62,948 bases of DNA, filler included, from Sphacelaria rigidula (GCA_964200075.2; 5 parts of 5 records of this genome joined end to end with filler, not necessarily neighbours in it); one strand, 5' to 3'. Numbered from the whole stretch's first letter, positions 36,099 through 49,950 are shown. Numbers and translations: made by a program. The notes: generated by a model from the letters alone, not told the origin.

Positions 36099-37092
36099 CA
36101 TGTATGCTTTTTGTCAACATGTGCTTTTTTCAACCCTTTTTGTTTTTGTCGTCTCCCCTCGCGTCGCGGATATTTTTCGTGAACTATAATACGTGTTGAA
36201 CCCCCTAAATCTCCGAAGTATGATCCATTGACCGTGACCGCGAGGGATTGTTAGTTGATATCTGCACACATGCGGATACTATAATACATATGAACCGGTA
36301 TGGTTCAAGAGAGTGGTGTGTGTGTCTTGGCGAATGCTATGTCATGATTTCGAACGGTTGTTGTGGTATGTGGTACATATACATGCATACATGAAAGCGA
36401 TGTGTCTCTTGCAGGCAATCAATCTAACAATTGAAGACGTAAGAATGAGTGGTTGCTGAACGAATGACCATGCACCCACACCGTGAAAATTCGTGAAGCT
36501 CAGAGTATACACTAGTATCATGGGAGATGTTTCGTCACACTCTACGTACAATAATCCCTCTCCGTTCTTGGGGACGACGCCGTGGTATCAAGGCATCCTC
36601 GAGCCGTCTCTCCCCCGTACTTGCCTGACCTTGCTTTTATCGACGATTGGATCATGGCCATTAGCACTCCCACACCATCTCGACTCTATTACAGGGACAC
36701 TTCTGCTTTTGCTATTCTTCACATCCTCACGCGTTCAACAATGGAAATCAGATTCTGCTCACAGAAATCGCACCTCTCTGAATATGCTGACGAAACCCAC
36801 AATTCGCACTACTAATGCAATTCACACTCTGAACAACATACAACATACAACATTGGCAAAAAGCGTACTGCGTATATTATCGAAAATTTCATCTATTTTT
36901 TTGTAATATACCATTTTTTCGATACTGCAGTATACCATTTTTTCGGTTCTGTACACAGTACACTTTTTTGTCAATGTTGTCTTTTTGTCAAGGGTGTGAA
37001 TTATATGTAGATGTTGCAGGGTCATCTGACAATTCCCGTTTTGTTGTCTTATGCGGTAATCGAATGGTGTTATATGTTTTTACAACATGTAG

Positions 37093-37314
37093 GTGTGGCT
37101 GGCAGCGGTGAAGCTTGAGTGGGAAAACAACGACTTCGAACGTGCTAGGGGTCTCCTGAAAAAAGCTTGCGACCGAGCTCCCACGGCCAAGGTGTGGATG
37201 AAGGCTGCCCTGCTCGAGCGAGAGCTGAATGCGCCGGAGGCTGCTCTCAAGCGCATCGATACGGCTCTCCCGTCCTATCCTACCTTCTCCAAGCTCTACA
37301 TGATGGCTGGACAG
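37093..37314 (+). CDS. PRPF6: PRPF6, last visible exon (gene incomplete at both ends)
   Basis: VWLAAVKLEWENNDFERARGLL...FSKLYMMAGQ|GTATGT. Confidence 0.95.
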
Positions 37315-37397
37315 GTATGTGGCCTGGAATTTGGTGCTGTTTTTTTTTTTTTTGCGTCATAGTATTATAGTATCTTTTTCATCCCCCGCCGAAAAGA

Positions 37398-37550
37398 AAA
37401 CAAGGGTTTCTGTGTAATGTATGGAAGAAACGTACTGAGCGCCACAATGTTGGAGGTGTCTCTGACTGGACTACGAACGATGCTCCGTCTCGCGAGGGAT
37501 GAGAGGTCAATGGTCGAATGGCTAAGGCAAGCAACAGATAAGTACCCCCC
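37398..37550 (+). repeat. Dispersed repeat (probable non-LTR 3' fragment); other copies at ~60775-60930 (+) and ~40273-40420 (-)
   Basis: Shared TGTATGGAAGAAACGTA.TGAGCGCC...GCTCCGTCTCG..AGGGATG...AGTAC.C.CCCCC. Confidence 0.7.
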
Positions 37551-37732
37551 GACCCTGTGGGAAACAGCCTCGTAAGGGAGGGGGGGACTGTGGTTGAGGT
37601 CACGGTGTGTGTTGAGATATCAGTACGTTGTTGTGGACTATCGATGCTTTCGTGGGATTATAAGGGCCCTTCTTAACGAAGGGGATAATCCCCTTTTTCA
37701 AAATCCCCTTTTTGAAAAATGACTGGTGATTG

Positions 37733-37832
37733 NNNNNNNNNNNNNNNNNNNNNNNNNNNNNNNNNNNNNNNNNNNNTTAATTAATTAANNNNNNNNNNNN
37801 NNNNNNNNNNNNNNNNNNNNNNNNNNNNNNNN
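37733..37832. other. Artificial contig linker
   Basis: N run with TTAATTAATTAA. Confidence 0.97.
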
Positions 37833-37887
37833 GAAAAGCACCATCCTCAACATAGATGATCGGCTGTTTAGAGGAGGTGATTCGGTT

Positions 37888-37973
37888 CCTAACCCTAACT
37901 CTAACCCTAGCCCTAGCCCTAGCCCTAGCCCTATCCCTAGCCCTAACCCTAACCCTATCCCTAGCCCTAACCC
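37888..37973 (+). repeat. Telomere-like tract (CCCTAA/CCCTAG/CCCTAT hexamers)
   Basis: About 14 hexamers, read directly from the sequence. Confidence 0.9.
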
Positions 37974-39189
37974 AATCAGGGGACGAATAACGAACCTTCA
38001 TGTCCTCCCCACCCTCCGGTCTCTTGTTTTCGTCCAATGCGGTATCTGATGGTATGTCAAACTTGCCCGACGTCCCACAGTGACTAAACGACCTACTTTG
38101 GGGCATACAGTACATATCCGGCATATATATGGAATTTCCAGATCCCGCTCATATTCCGGATCAGAAGGAGTAGTTTATAACTCACCCGACCGAAAACACT
38201 AAAAAAACAGCGGTCGATACTACAACAGTCACTCATGTAAGAGGAAACGCGTGATCACGTGACACGTCTGCTAGTAGTACACGTAGCGTGCGAAGCCTCG
38301 GAGTATATACGCATATACCAATACTGCCGCACACACACGGCCATTTGGCTACCCCCAAAAATACTCTGTCCCGGTCAACTTTTCGAGCCTTCAGAGGAAT
38401 TGAACGTCTCCAGTGGGTGCTCGGCCCTCCAGAGGGGTCGGATCGAACGCCTCCAGAGCACTATCTTTTTTGTTATTCTCGAGGGGTTCAGACCTCAGAA
38501 GTCACTGGAGCATCAGATACCCTCCAGAGGATTCGCTTATGACCGCACCTGGGGATGAAATACCCTCTAGAGGATGAAAATCGCGATACAGGATTTATAT
38601 GGGGGGTAGCCGAATGGCCGCGTGTGCGGAGATTACATGAAAACATGTACGTCATTATACGAGTATAAAGTACCAAAATAATACCGTTTTTTACGGCTTG
38701 TTTTCTGGGGGGGGGGGATCATGTGCCGTAGCACTGCTGGAGTTCGTGGTGAATGCGATAGTAGACGATCGTATCGTGTGTCGCATGCAAGGCGACTCTC
38801 TATGATCGTCGTGCACGCGCTAAGCGTGTGGACGTGTGTGTGGAAGGGGGGGGTGTCACACAGACTGAGGGGTAAAGGCGAGCCATCTCAAAATTCAGAA
38901 CTCAGGACTCAGAACACGAGAGCGAGGGATGTGGCCGTGTTATGAGTTAAGCGGTGAATATTAGTCATCTCAGAACTCCCATCACAACATTACTCAGAAC
39001 TCAGACCACAAAACTGAGCGAGATGGTTGTGTTACACGAATTCAGGGGTAAAGGTGAGCTACCTCAGAACTCCCAATACGAAAGTAAGAGGTACATCTCT
39101 GCGTACGGAATATGAGTTGTTTCAGAACTGAAAACACATATATAACTGAGCTTCACATCACTCTTTTCATTCTTTGACTTTTATTCCGT

Positions 39190-39696
39190 AAGCCACCCGG
39201 CCAGAATGTGCACCGCTGATTTATCTTCTGTAACTCACTCGACCAGAATGTGCACCGCTGAGTTATACTTCATGACTCACCTGTCCAAGATATATGCATC
39301 GACGAGTCATAGTTAATAAATCATCCGGCCAGAATGTGCACCGCTGAGTTATAGTTTATAACTCACCTGACCACGATTTGCACCGATGATTCATAGTTTG
39401 TATGACTCACCCGGCCAGAATATGCATGACTGCCGGCCGGAATATGCATGACTGAGTTATAGTTTATAACTCACCTGACCGAGATATGCACCGCTGAGTT
39501 ATAGTTTATATGACTCACCGGGCCAGGATGTGCATGGCTGAGTTATATTTTATAACTCACGCGATAAAGATATACATCGGTGAGTTATAATTTATGAATC
39601 ACCCGACAGGAATGTGCACCGCTGAGTTATAGTTTACAACTCACCTGGCCAGATTTTGCATCGCTGAGCTATGCTGTATATAGCTCACCCGGCCAG
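39190..39696 (+). repeat. Minisatellite with a ~42-bp unit
   Basis: About 11-12 degenerate copies of ACTCACCCGGCCAGAATGTGCACCGCTGAGTTATAGTTTATA. Confidence 0.85.
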
Positions 39697-41361
39697 GTTG
39701 GGCACCACTAAGTGATGCTGCGATATCTCACTGGTGATATATGCGAAAAATGGTTGACCCGTGTTAACCTGAGTAGAGTTGTCCGAACGTGTGTAGTGTT
39801 TACAGATCAATTTCTTGCAAAGATATTCTACAACAACAAAAATCACGATATTTTTTGAAAAAATGCCCTCCGGGAGGGGGGCTGGTGGTGATGGTGGTGG
39901 GGGGTGCTCCGTGTCCGAAGATCTTCTCCCCGTAGCCCCCTGAGCAGATTTCAATTTTTCAAACTTTCCAGTAGACCTACATCCAACATACCTTCAGGCA
40001 ATAACCATGTCATGTATTAGAGCAGATTCACCAAATTGACATGACTCCTTTTCCTGTGTGGATCATGACGACATAACCGCCCCGCTCATATCGTATGGGC
40101 GCTGATCAGAGGGCGTAAATTTCACCTGGCAGCGGAACGTTGTGAAGATATGGAACCAAAACAGAGCAAGACGAGTCTTACGGTCGAGCCGGCCACGTTT
40201 GCAACCGGGGTGCGTGGCATGTGTTATTTCCACACCCATGTTCTCACTTGCGTATTCGTATTTGGACCTCCAAGGGGGGGCGTACTCATTTGTGGCTTCC
40301 CTTTGTCGTTTGGTCATTGACCACGCATCCCGTTCGAGACGGAGCGAGGGGGTGGGGGGATACCAAACCACCATCTTCCCCCCTCCCAAACGCAGTACAA
40401 ACTTCTGTATGAAGCAGTCCCATAACAAGTCCAATACACAAGAAAGGAAAGTCGGAGGGGGCGGTACCCCCCAATGATGAGGGGGGGGGGAGGGGGGGGG
40501 CGAACGATCCACGTACCCCCACTGATACGTTGGTCGAAAAACAAGTGTTGAAATAGAAATAAATGATGAATGATACAGGCTGGTTCAGGGTGAACGCCCA
40601 AAATCTATTCCCCACCAGATACAGTACTGTACAGAACGAAAACCTCACCGGATAGAAACATATTTGGTATCATAGTGACCCCCACGAGCGGGCGGACAGT
40701 GTCACATGATCAGATTTTTTCTTTCGCTTTTGCTGCGGCGCTGCTAGCAAAAATGTTTCACGGCCAATCAGGGGCCTTCAGACCGTTCTGAAATTAAAAT
40801 GCGGATCCCCGACACAGTTTGTACCCAATCTCATCACGAATAAAATCTCAGTAACCACCATCAGCTAGGGAATCTAAGGGGAAAACAGTTTTGGAAACGG
40901 TTCGTATGGGATCAAGTGATACCCCAACACGCGTTTTTTCGGTGATGTGGGGCTTTGGCGTCGTCGGATTTCCACAGACAGTATGCATCGGAGACTTAGG
41001 AAGCCTCTTGGCGTTTTCCATTGTAACTCTCGTAGAAATGCTCCGAATATTCTCACACATGGTAGTGTTTTGGACAAGGGTGCTACGAATGGAAGAAAAA
41101 AATCTTTGAAGAATATTTCGAAGTTCATTCGCTCTCGACCTGCTTCCGGGGGTCCCAGCGTGAAGACGCCCAGAAGTCGGCCCAAATTTGGCTCGTCCCG
41201 AGGTAGTCTAAGACTCGTTTGTATATAGTTCCGTTGCGTAACTCGAGAAGCTGGTCGCAAACGGTCTATTTATGCTCAAGCGCACAAGAAAAGTGTCGGT
41301 AGCATCCATTAACAGAAGATCGAGGAAATTCTGCCTACATTTGTGTACTTAAGCGCACATA

Positions 41362-41616
41362 CAGGCGAAAGCTCACGCCATTTTTTCGAGCTGGACCCTG
41401 AACATTTGCATACGAGTGCCCTGAGATATTCTAGAAAGGCTGTGCACTGTCTCGTGGGATTCCGGATATCCAGCAAAAAATTCAGAAGACCCCGTGCAAA
41501 TAACATTTTTAAATACCTCAGAGCACCCGTGTGCAAACGTTCAGGGTCGAACTCGAAAAATGTGAACGAGCTCTCGCTGGGGTGTAAATTCCAGTCGTTC
41601 ACCCTGAACTAACCTG
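41362..41616. repeat. Palindromic MITE-like element, possibly TA-flanked (Tc1/mariner-type)
   Basis: Inverted arms TTTTTCGAGCTGGACCCTGAACATTTGCA / TGCAAACGTTCAGGGTCGAACTCGAAAAA; outer TA-CAGG...CCTG-TA. Confidence 0.55.
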
Positions 41617-44326
41617 TATATTATAGCAAAACGTGACATATGAAGAAACATTAACATTCATTAATGTACATAATAGAAAACGATACAAAGATGTTGTGGG
41701 TGATCTATTTGTCGGTACATGGCTAGATCCCCCGGAAATCACTTGATGTGCGACAATAAATCAATCCATCAAATCAGCTCGACACACTGAGAAGGTAGCC
41801 CATGTCGTCTCCTAGTGAGTACCTTCCGTTGTTACCGGTTTGCACAAGCTTAGATAGATGTAACTCGTCGTCTTCGTGGGCTCTGTTGTTGTAGTGGGCT
41901 GCTGCTGCCAGTGACTGACTGATGCGGTCTCGCCTTACACACCGACTCTAATACGTTTCGGCCATGCCGTTTTGTGTTTCGTGTTTCTTTTTCTTCCTAT
42001 GTTGTGTTGGGCTCCTGCTAGTGCTGGTGTTGACTGGCTGATGGCGGTACTCGCATCAAACACAGGAGGACTACTGAACTACTTTCTTGCTTTATTATGT
42101 TCCGTCCTAACCGTTTGTGCCTCTGATGCCGCCAGGAACGAGCCAAAGCGAAAAACATGCAAGCGTGCGGTGACTCTCAAGTATTATTCTATCCCTTCCC
42201 CCCTCTCTCACACCATCCAGGCTACGCGAGCAAGGAAGCGCGTTGAGGTTGTTAAGGCGAAGGGTGAACACGATGACGGGGCGGGGTCCAAAATACGCAA
42301 CGGCGCACGTCTGGAGGGGGGAATTCAGGGGGAGGAGTAGAGTTCTCGGAGGAGCAGAAGCAGCGCGGTGTAAAAACGGACCCGATTTTTTCTCGATCCG
42401 GATGGGAAATTTGGTGAATATGCCGTGCGGTTTTGTCGGGATTTCGTGCGGCGGAGCCTATCGCTCAACGCCGCCGAGCCGCTCTGCTTAGGTCGTCAAT
42501 CATCTGAAGATGACTTGCCATTGTGACTCGGTCAAGGTTATTTGCATCGACGTCGCGACCGAGCTTCAGAAATACCGACGGAAGTTACATTGGCCGAGTC
42601 GCGATGACACGTAATGTTGAGATGTTCCAAGTCCACCCAGGCGCTCTAACGGAACCACGACCTAAGCAGCTGGCCGCTTCCGTTGACGAATGCGCCCCGC
42701 CACAAGAAACTCCGACACAAACGTGCGGTATGCTCACCATATTCTGCTTCTTTGAAGAAAGGCGGCTGCGTGGCTTTGCTCCGGAGAAACCTCAGGGGGA
42801 ACGACGGAGGAAGCACGAAGCAGTGACATGACGGCGGGAGCTAAGGGTAGGGGTGGTGGTGATGGCCACCAGCAATCAACAAGTCGGCGGGAGAAACGGG
42901 GGGGAGCGAAGCAACAGGGAAAAAAAAACAAGAGAACCAGCAGCGACGGTGCGCGAGCGGTCGACCAAAAAAGAGGAAGAGGGAAATATGATGGGAAATG
43001 TTGGAATAACTCGTGTTTCTAGCACTGTCCTGGCGACAGGCTAACTACCGTTCAGCGAACAGTAGTATGCAGAGGTTGCACCGTGGTTGATTGGACCACT
43101 TGCTTCCGCAGCTTCAAAATAAAATCGATGAGACAAATGGTTGATTGGGCTCTTTATTTGGCTAACAAAAGCAGAACTCGCAGTTTTCTCACAAAGTGGA
43201 GAACTGATGGTAGTGGAGAACTGATGGTAGTGAGGACCACCGACTACAATTGCTCAATCCTTGGAACAAAACACAAAGCTATACACTCACGTAGACTAAA
43301 ACGCGTCCTTGACTCTGACGTGTTGGTTTGCCAGCTCACAGACTGGAGTCTTACTCAAGCTACGACACTCACAAACAATGGCAGCACACTGCCTTATTCT
43401 GCGAGCTTACGTGGCAAGTCTGACAGGATATTGAACTCAAGGATCCATATAAAAAACAGTACTTGAACCCTTGGTCAATATTGGGGGTTTATAGTTTAAC
43501 CGCAAGATATTTTGCCGCTAATTTGCTATAGAGTAAAAACACACACAGAAGACAAACAGCTAGATTAGTGGATGTATAATTTCCAACAGGAAACGCAAGA
43601 TTCCGGCAGCGGCTACAGCCCCGGCTCTCAGGCGGCGCTAGCGCATTGGATTACCGAGTGCTGTGGCCACAGACAGAGGGGGCTGGGAGGAAGACCTCGG
43701 AGGAGAGATCTGATTCGGACTAGCTTTGTTGCGGCGCATGCGCGTTTCTGTGTCGGCATGGATTTCTTTTATGGAGAACCTTACCGTACTGTGTTTCGGT
43801 GCATGCGCGCGCGTGTGTTCGATATGGGATTTAAGGTATGTGTTTTGCGCGAAGCGTTCTAACCCAGAACAACTCGTGTTTCATGCCTAGTCTGAACACG
43901 GGGTTGCCGGTAAGTATTGAATGCGTTGTGTGGGGCAGTTCGTATGTTGGCGTGAAGTGTTATGGTTTGCCTGGCCAGTAATCGCTCGTTTCTTTTTCCA
44001 GTTGCACCTGATGTTCAACGTGCGGAGTGAACGGTGGTGAGAAAAGCATCGTTTTTTTCCGCGCACCATCCTACCAACCGATCAAAATACGTCCCTTCAA
44101 AGGGAGAGAACACTATCGGAGCATGCCGAGAATCGGTGTTCTCTGCGTCTCGATGCAGAAAAAAAAGCTGTTGCCTTCCGCTATTTTTTCGCTGCCTTGA
44201 AGGAAGGAGGAGACGTCACCCAACACATACCCCGCAAGCGGGTTCGTATGCCGATTCCTCGAAAGCTCGGCTAGACCACCTCGCAGCAGTCATGTGGGGT
44301 AGGCGTCTCGAGCATACTGAAAGCCT

Positions 44327-44615
44327 TGTCAGGAAAACAATAACAGGTAGTATAACCTGAATGAAGACTTGCGGTATCATAACTGGAATATAGTGGCGGG
44401 ATGTTTGCTTACGATTCGTACGGTATACTGGTAACTACTGTATTTCTGGGATAGATACATATGCAGGGCACTGTGTCCACTCTACCACTCTTCTCCGGGA
44501 ACCATCAATACAAAGATCTTCACTATCTGTCTCTCGCGCTCTACGTGGTGAGCCTAACAGCTACCAACACTAGCCCCTGCGGCACGTCAGAGTATATACA
44601 TCAAAATCCCTGACA
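44327..44615 (+). mobile_element. 5' LTR of Copia element 2
   Basis: TGTCAGG...CCTGACA termini, immediately followed by the PBS-like GGTTGTGAGCCCCG (44616-44629). Confidence 0.75.
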
Positions 44616-44823
44616 GGTTGTGAGCCCCGTGCCTTCGCAGAGCGTGAAGCGCGCAGACTCTAACCTTTGTGGGTCGCGCGAGTTGAGTCACTCTCAGGCC
44701 TGATTCAAGCTTGATCGCCTTCGACCTTCCCTGCCTGGGAGATATTAAGCCCGCAATAGTGGCCGCAGGAAAATCCTGCGTCCCTTGCGGCAGATGAAGC
44801 TCGTACCCGTGCGGCAGGAAAAA

Positions 44824-45266
44824 ACACGGGATTTTACAAATTGAGGATGGTGCTTTTCATTGAGAATGACACCCGGAGGTTTAAAATCTTCGTATCCACA
44901 CCAAATCTTCGAAATATATGGTTCCACTTCTTCACCTACTGGTAGCTATTGGCAACTACTACACGCCATACGAATTTGGATCCTGATAACCGACGTGTTG
45001 GGATCCTCAGTGAAAAAACAATTTTGGGGAATTTAGATGATCCGATCAGATCGCCGAAATTCCCCAAACATCGTTTTTTATTTAGGACCACAACATTTCG
45101 GTCATCGGAATCCAAATTTTTGCGGCGTGTAGTAGTTGTCAATAGCTATCAGCAAGTGAAGGGATGGAACCCTGCTTCGAAAATTTGGTGTGGATACGAA
45201 GATTTGAATTCTCCGGGTTCCTCATCCTCGATAAAAAGTCCATCCCCAATTTGTAAAATCTCGTGT
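44824..45266. mobile_element. Foldback element, single-arm form, inserted in the Copia 5' UTR tandem repeat
   Basis: ACACGGGATTTTACAAATTGAGGATG / CATCCCCAATTTGTAAAATCTCGTGT. Splits a ~25-bp AAGCCCGCATCCGTTGCGGCAGG array (44747-44820 and 45270-45385). Confidence 0.85.
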
Positions 45267-45408
45267 TTAAAGCCCGCATCCGTTGCGACAAGTGAAGCCC
45301 GCATCTGTTGCGGTGGGCAAAGCCCGTATCCGTGCGGCAGGAAAAGTCCGTATCCGTTGCGGCAACACATTTCCAGCCCGCACCGCTGCGATATCTCTCC
45401 AAAACAAA

Positions 45409-48400
45409 ATGGATGACCAAAAATCCATGTTCGAAATGACGAAAATGATACCAAAATTTAACGGCCGAAGCGTCGTCGACTACCGCAAGTAGAAAGCAAA
45501 ACTACAAGTTATACTTGAAGCGTCCGCGTATGCAGTCCTCGAAATCCCTGATGGCAAGCAACCGCCGGGTGAATGGGCTCCATCTCCCCAGTTACACGCG
45601 TACAACCGCCGGGATGGCGATCTGTATTCCCTTTTATTTTTGCTCACCTGCGGGGTGGCATATACATGCTATCGTGGAACCTTTTATATAACATTCCTCA
45701 ACTGCTACCGGAGAGATCGACGGTCAAGCTCGCAGTGGCTTTAGTGGTGACGCAGGAGTAGCATGGTTAGCGCTCGAGGAGCACTTCGCAGCTGCCACCA
45801 CGGTAGCAATTTATGACGCGAGCGCGCGCGTCGCTGCGCGTAAACTTGGCCATAAGAAACCACCGGAGAGTATTTATCAGCAAGACATGGAAAATGACCG
45901 CGAACACTTGCGGATCCTGGGCAACCCCGGATCTGACACCCGCTTGGAAGATCTCGTACTTTGCGCGCTCCCGCCCACGTACAACTGCATCCGCCAGCAT
46001 CAGCTAAATCCACAGTTTGCACTCGAGGGTATCAAGACGGCCATGCTGGTTACCTCTCGCGACTGGTTGTCTCGGGACTAGTGTTCTTCATCTTTTGCCG
46101 GCCCAGGCCCTGCTATCGGGCCGATGCTGGACACGTCGAGTGTCCCCAGTGTGATCATTACGGGCATTTGGGGCGGCATTGCCGAGGAAGCAAACGCACC
46201 GTCCACAAACAAGATGACAGCACCCCACGAAAGGGTTGCGGTCGGGAGGAAAGATATTGCTCACATCACGGCAAATGTGGACATTCGATCGCAGAGTGCC
46301 GCGTCCTCAAAAAAGAGGTCCGCTAGTGGCTCTGGGCCGGTCTCTAAATCCGCCGCTTGTTGTCCTAACTGCTGAGCCTTCGCGCGGCCTCTTCAGGAGT
46401 GGCACCTACGCCCTCTGCCGTCAATCCATCGGTACCACTCGTCCTACCGGCCGCTGCGGCGGCTGATGGCTTCTTCTTCGTAGCTGTGGGCACCCCCTCT
46501 GCGGCTCCAGCCTGCTCTCTTGTTGGACCAGTACTACCGGAGAGTGGTTCAGACAACATCTTCGGCGCCTTTGATGGATCGGCGTTGGTGGCTGTTGGCG
46601 GGCTCGTGGGCTCTTGTTGTGCGTCAACGGCGTATCCTGTAGCTGCTACCGTCGACTTCACCAACACGCTCAAACTGCTCGTCGACTCTGGCTCATCCGG
46701 TCACCATGTCGACAACGCGTCTTTGCCTTCTGTCTTCGAACGTTTTCCTGACTATCGCTTGCTCACGACGCTGTAGCGTATCACTACGGTCGGTGATCTC
46801 GTACTGAATGCTGCGGCCGAGGTCACAGTACGTGGAACGATAAGGGATTCCTGCGGACGGAATTGACGAGTCTCTCTGGGCATTCATCTTGTATGAGCCT
46901 GGGACGACATATATGCTCTGTGATGGTTGCAACGCACAAAGGCATGTCCACTATTTTCGAGCGCATCCGCCCTCGGAGGCAGGATAGTTCGTGATTCCGC
47001 CGGACAAGATGACAAGGTCTCACGACATATATACCTTCAATGTGGAGTTGAATACATCAGGGTAGCAGAAGCCTGCACTAGCCATGAGCGCAGGCTCCAT
47101 CGTGGAACGATGGCACCAACGACTGGGACATGTCTCCGGCAAAACACTGGATATCCTTCGGAAAGCTGCTGGAACCAGGGTCAGCTTCGAGGGATTGCGC
47201 CTGCATGTGACGTGTGCAAACCCAGCAAAAGCAAGCAACAACTGCACCCCACGACAACCACGTACAACATGTCGGCTCCCTTCGAGTTACTCACCGGTGA
47301 TTTAATGGGGCCAATATTACCCTCCGCCCTTGGGGGGTTCCAGTACGTGAGCAAAAACACCGACGTCTTCAGCCGCTGGACCACGCTTTACCTGATGAAG
47401 TCGAAGAGCGACACCCTCAACACTTTTAAACTCGTCGTACACTCGGTGGTGACGCCGTTGGGAAGGCGTGTTCACAGGCTCCGCACAGGTGAAGGAGGTG
47501 AGCATATTGGGAAGGAACTCAGAGATTACTGCACCAACTCCGGGGTAAAGCTAGAATTCTCTGACACGGCCACTCCGCAACAAACCGGCATTTCAGAAGG
47601 GGTCGGCGGCGTCTTACTTGGGATGGTTCGTTGTTGACTTGCTTCCAGCCTTCTGCCCACATTCCTTCGGAGTGAGTTGCTGATGACTGCCGCGCACGTG
47701 TCAAACCGCGTGCCACATTCCGCCCTTAAGATGGAGACGCCGTAAAACGAGTTTACGGCGTCGAACCAGATGTGTCACACACTCGCCTCATTGGGGCCCA
47801 GGCCTTTTCGCACATCGAAACGTATGTCCCGAAGTTGAAGCTTAGGGTTGCTCCGACCCGACTGGTAAGATATGCTTTCGATAGGTAAATACCGATTCTG
47901 GGACTCCGTTGGTAAGAGTGTAACCGAAAGTCGGAACGTTGCGTTCATCGAGTTATCCATACGTCTTATGCCACCTGCGGACTGTGCAGATTGAGATACC
48001 CTGTGTGACTGGAACTCCAGGTGAACAAGTGAGGATGACTTTTCACGGGATTTCCACCAACATGCATCGCAACCAGATTTGCGCGTGTCCACTCTGTCTC
48101 CCTCTTACCCTCCGGTGGACATCGATACGCCCGGCGATTTGAGCGTCATCATGGACAATCCATCTAGCTCGCCGGACTCCAATCTCACCATATCATCCTT
48201 GGATGCAGGGGGAGCGACCGGCGATACGTCCTCATCATCAGCTTCACGCATCTAGACTCGGAGTAATCCTCAACCATCCACAAACTCAAGCGTCGGAACG
48301 TCAAATGCTCGAACCCGACGTGAATTGAATCGTCTCGCGTACCCGGTGTCGCTTCACCCCGACGTTTTCTTTCTTTGCTAAGGCCAACCTGGCAGATGTA

Positions 48401-49950
48401 TGCCATGAAGAATGGTTTGTGGTCGTCGAGTACGCCTACGCTGCCACCAATACTCAACTGCGTGGGAGACTATGACCGCCCAATAGTAATCCCTACTACT
48501 TTCAAGGAGCCATGGGACTCCCAGAAGCTGACCAATGAAGGGAAGCGAAGAAAGTGGAATGCAACAGCCTTTTAACCCTTCGTGTCTTCGAGAGGATACC
48601 GTTCTCGGAGGTTCCGTCTGGAGCGATCTTACTCGGCACGAGGTGGGTATTCAAGCTCAAACCCAATGATCTATTCAAAGATCGTGTCGTCGTACAAGGG
48701 TGGAGTCAAGTGCTTGGCATCGACTGTGGAGGGGCCTATGCCCCTGTCTGCCAGCTTCAGGGTATTCGTATGCTACTCGCCGCGGTGGCTGCACTCGGCT
48801 GGTCCCCAAACATTTGGATGTGATGACGGCCTTTCTCAATGCCGTGCTCGATAACCCGCAGTACGCGGAACTGCCCCCGGGATACGAGGGTACGGACCCC
48901 CAAACGGGCGAATGGATCGCCATGCTGCTCAAAAAGGCCCTCTACGGACGTACAGACGCACTACGTCACTGGTACCTCACCTTTGACAGCTACCTGGGGG
49001 AGATCGAACTCGTCCCGCTCAAGCTAGACCCGTGTGTGTATGTATATATCTCGGAGGATTCCAAGCAACCTACGGCGAACATCGCCGATGAACACAACAC
49101 TATTGCTGCGATCTTTGCTTCGTACGTGGACGACGTGATTCTCATTGAGGGAGATGACGCGGTGCTTTCCATGCTCAAGAAGAAGATATCCGCTCGCTTC
49201 AGCATGAAGCATCTGGGCGATGCATCTCTGGTGCTTGGCATCGAAATTTCGCGCCATTTGACTCGTGGTACCGTCTCATTCACACAGGCATCTTACGTCA
49301 GAAATATCTTCAAGAAATTCGGCATGGACGGCTGCAATAAGGTGAACACCCCGGGAGTGCGACCGAAACTTTCGGCACAACAATCCCAACAGCTCGATGC
49401 GGAAGGGACGAAGCGTTTCCAAGCTATCGTCGGGAGCGTTATATACCTTGCCCAGGTCACACTCTAGGATATGTTGTTCACTGTTATTAACGTGCCTGAG
49501 CGATGACTAAACCTCCCAAGGCTCACATGGCCGCGGCGAAGCACCTCCCTCGATACCGGGCTGGCACGATCGATTTTTTATCACGTACAAGAAGGACGAC
49601 TTCAAGCTTACGGCGTTTTCAGATGCCAAATGGGGAAATAACCAGGACAGCACCAGGTCCACTTCTTCCTACGTCATCAAGATGTCCAAGGCTCCAGTCA
49701 GCTGTAAAGTGGGATTGCAGAGCATGACAGCCCAGTCTACCATGGAAGCGGGACTTGTGGCTGGAGCAGCCCTCGCGATGAGGGAAGCGGTTTTCTGCTC
49801 CAACATGATGCTCGAGCTCGGTTTTGGATCAACCTTGGACACTGTTCCGGCGTATCTAGACAACAAGTCGGCCATTCACGTCGCTAATTATCGCACATAC
49901 AGCAGTCGCACTGAGCACATTGCTCTTCGTTTCTTTTTTGTCCAGGATGT
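45409..49950 (+). mobile_element. Decayed Ty1/Copia gag-pol (gag with two Zn knuckles, PR, IN, RT, RNase H); no 3' LTR seen
   Basis: MIPKFNG. Knuckles CPQCDHYGHLGRHC and CSHHGKCGHSIAEC. Protease LLVDSGSSGH. Integrase WHQRLGH...CDVC and GDLMGP. RT GTRWVFKLK, DVMTAFLN, LKKALYG, YVDD. RNase H STMEAGLVA and HIALRFFFV. Domain order PR-IN-RT-RH; stops and frameshifts. Confidence 0.93.

Noticed and set aside
37888-37973. True chromosome end
   Set aside because: The tract is short and degenerate, and 55 bp of non-telomeric repeat lies between it and the contig start.
39190-39696. CRISPR-like regular repeats
   Set aside because: The units are contiguous degenerate tandem copies with no unique spacers, no cas genes are present, and the context is eukaryotic.
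42210-42830. Possible 5' exons of a - strand gene (donor GTGAG near 42737, acceptor near 42311)
   Set aside because: Splice-like signals are present, but no reading frame gives a recognisable protein and one joining phase creates a stop.
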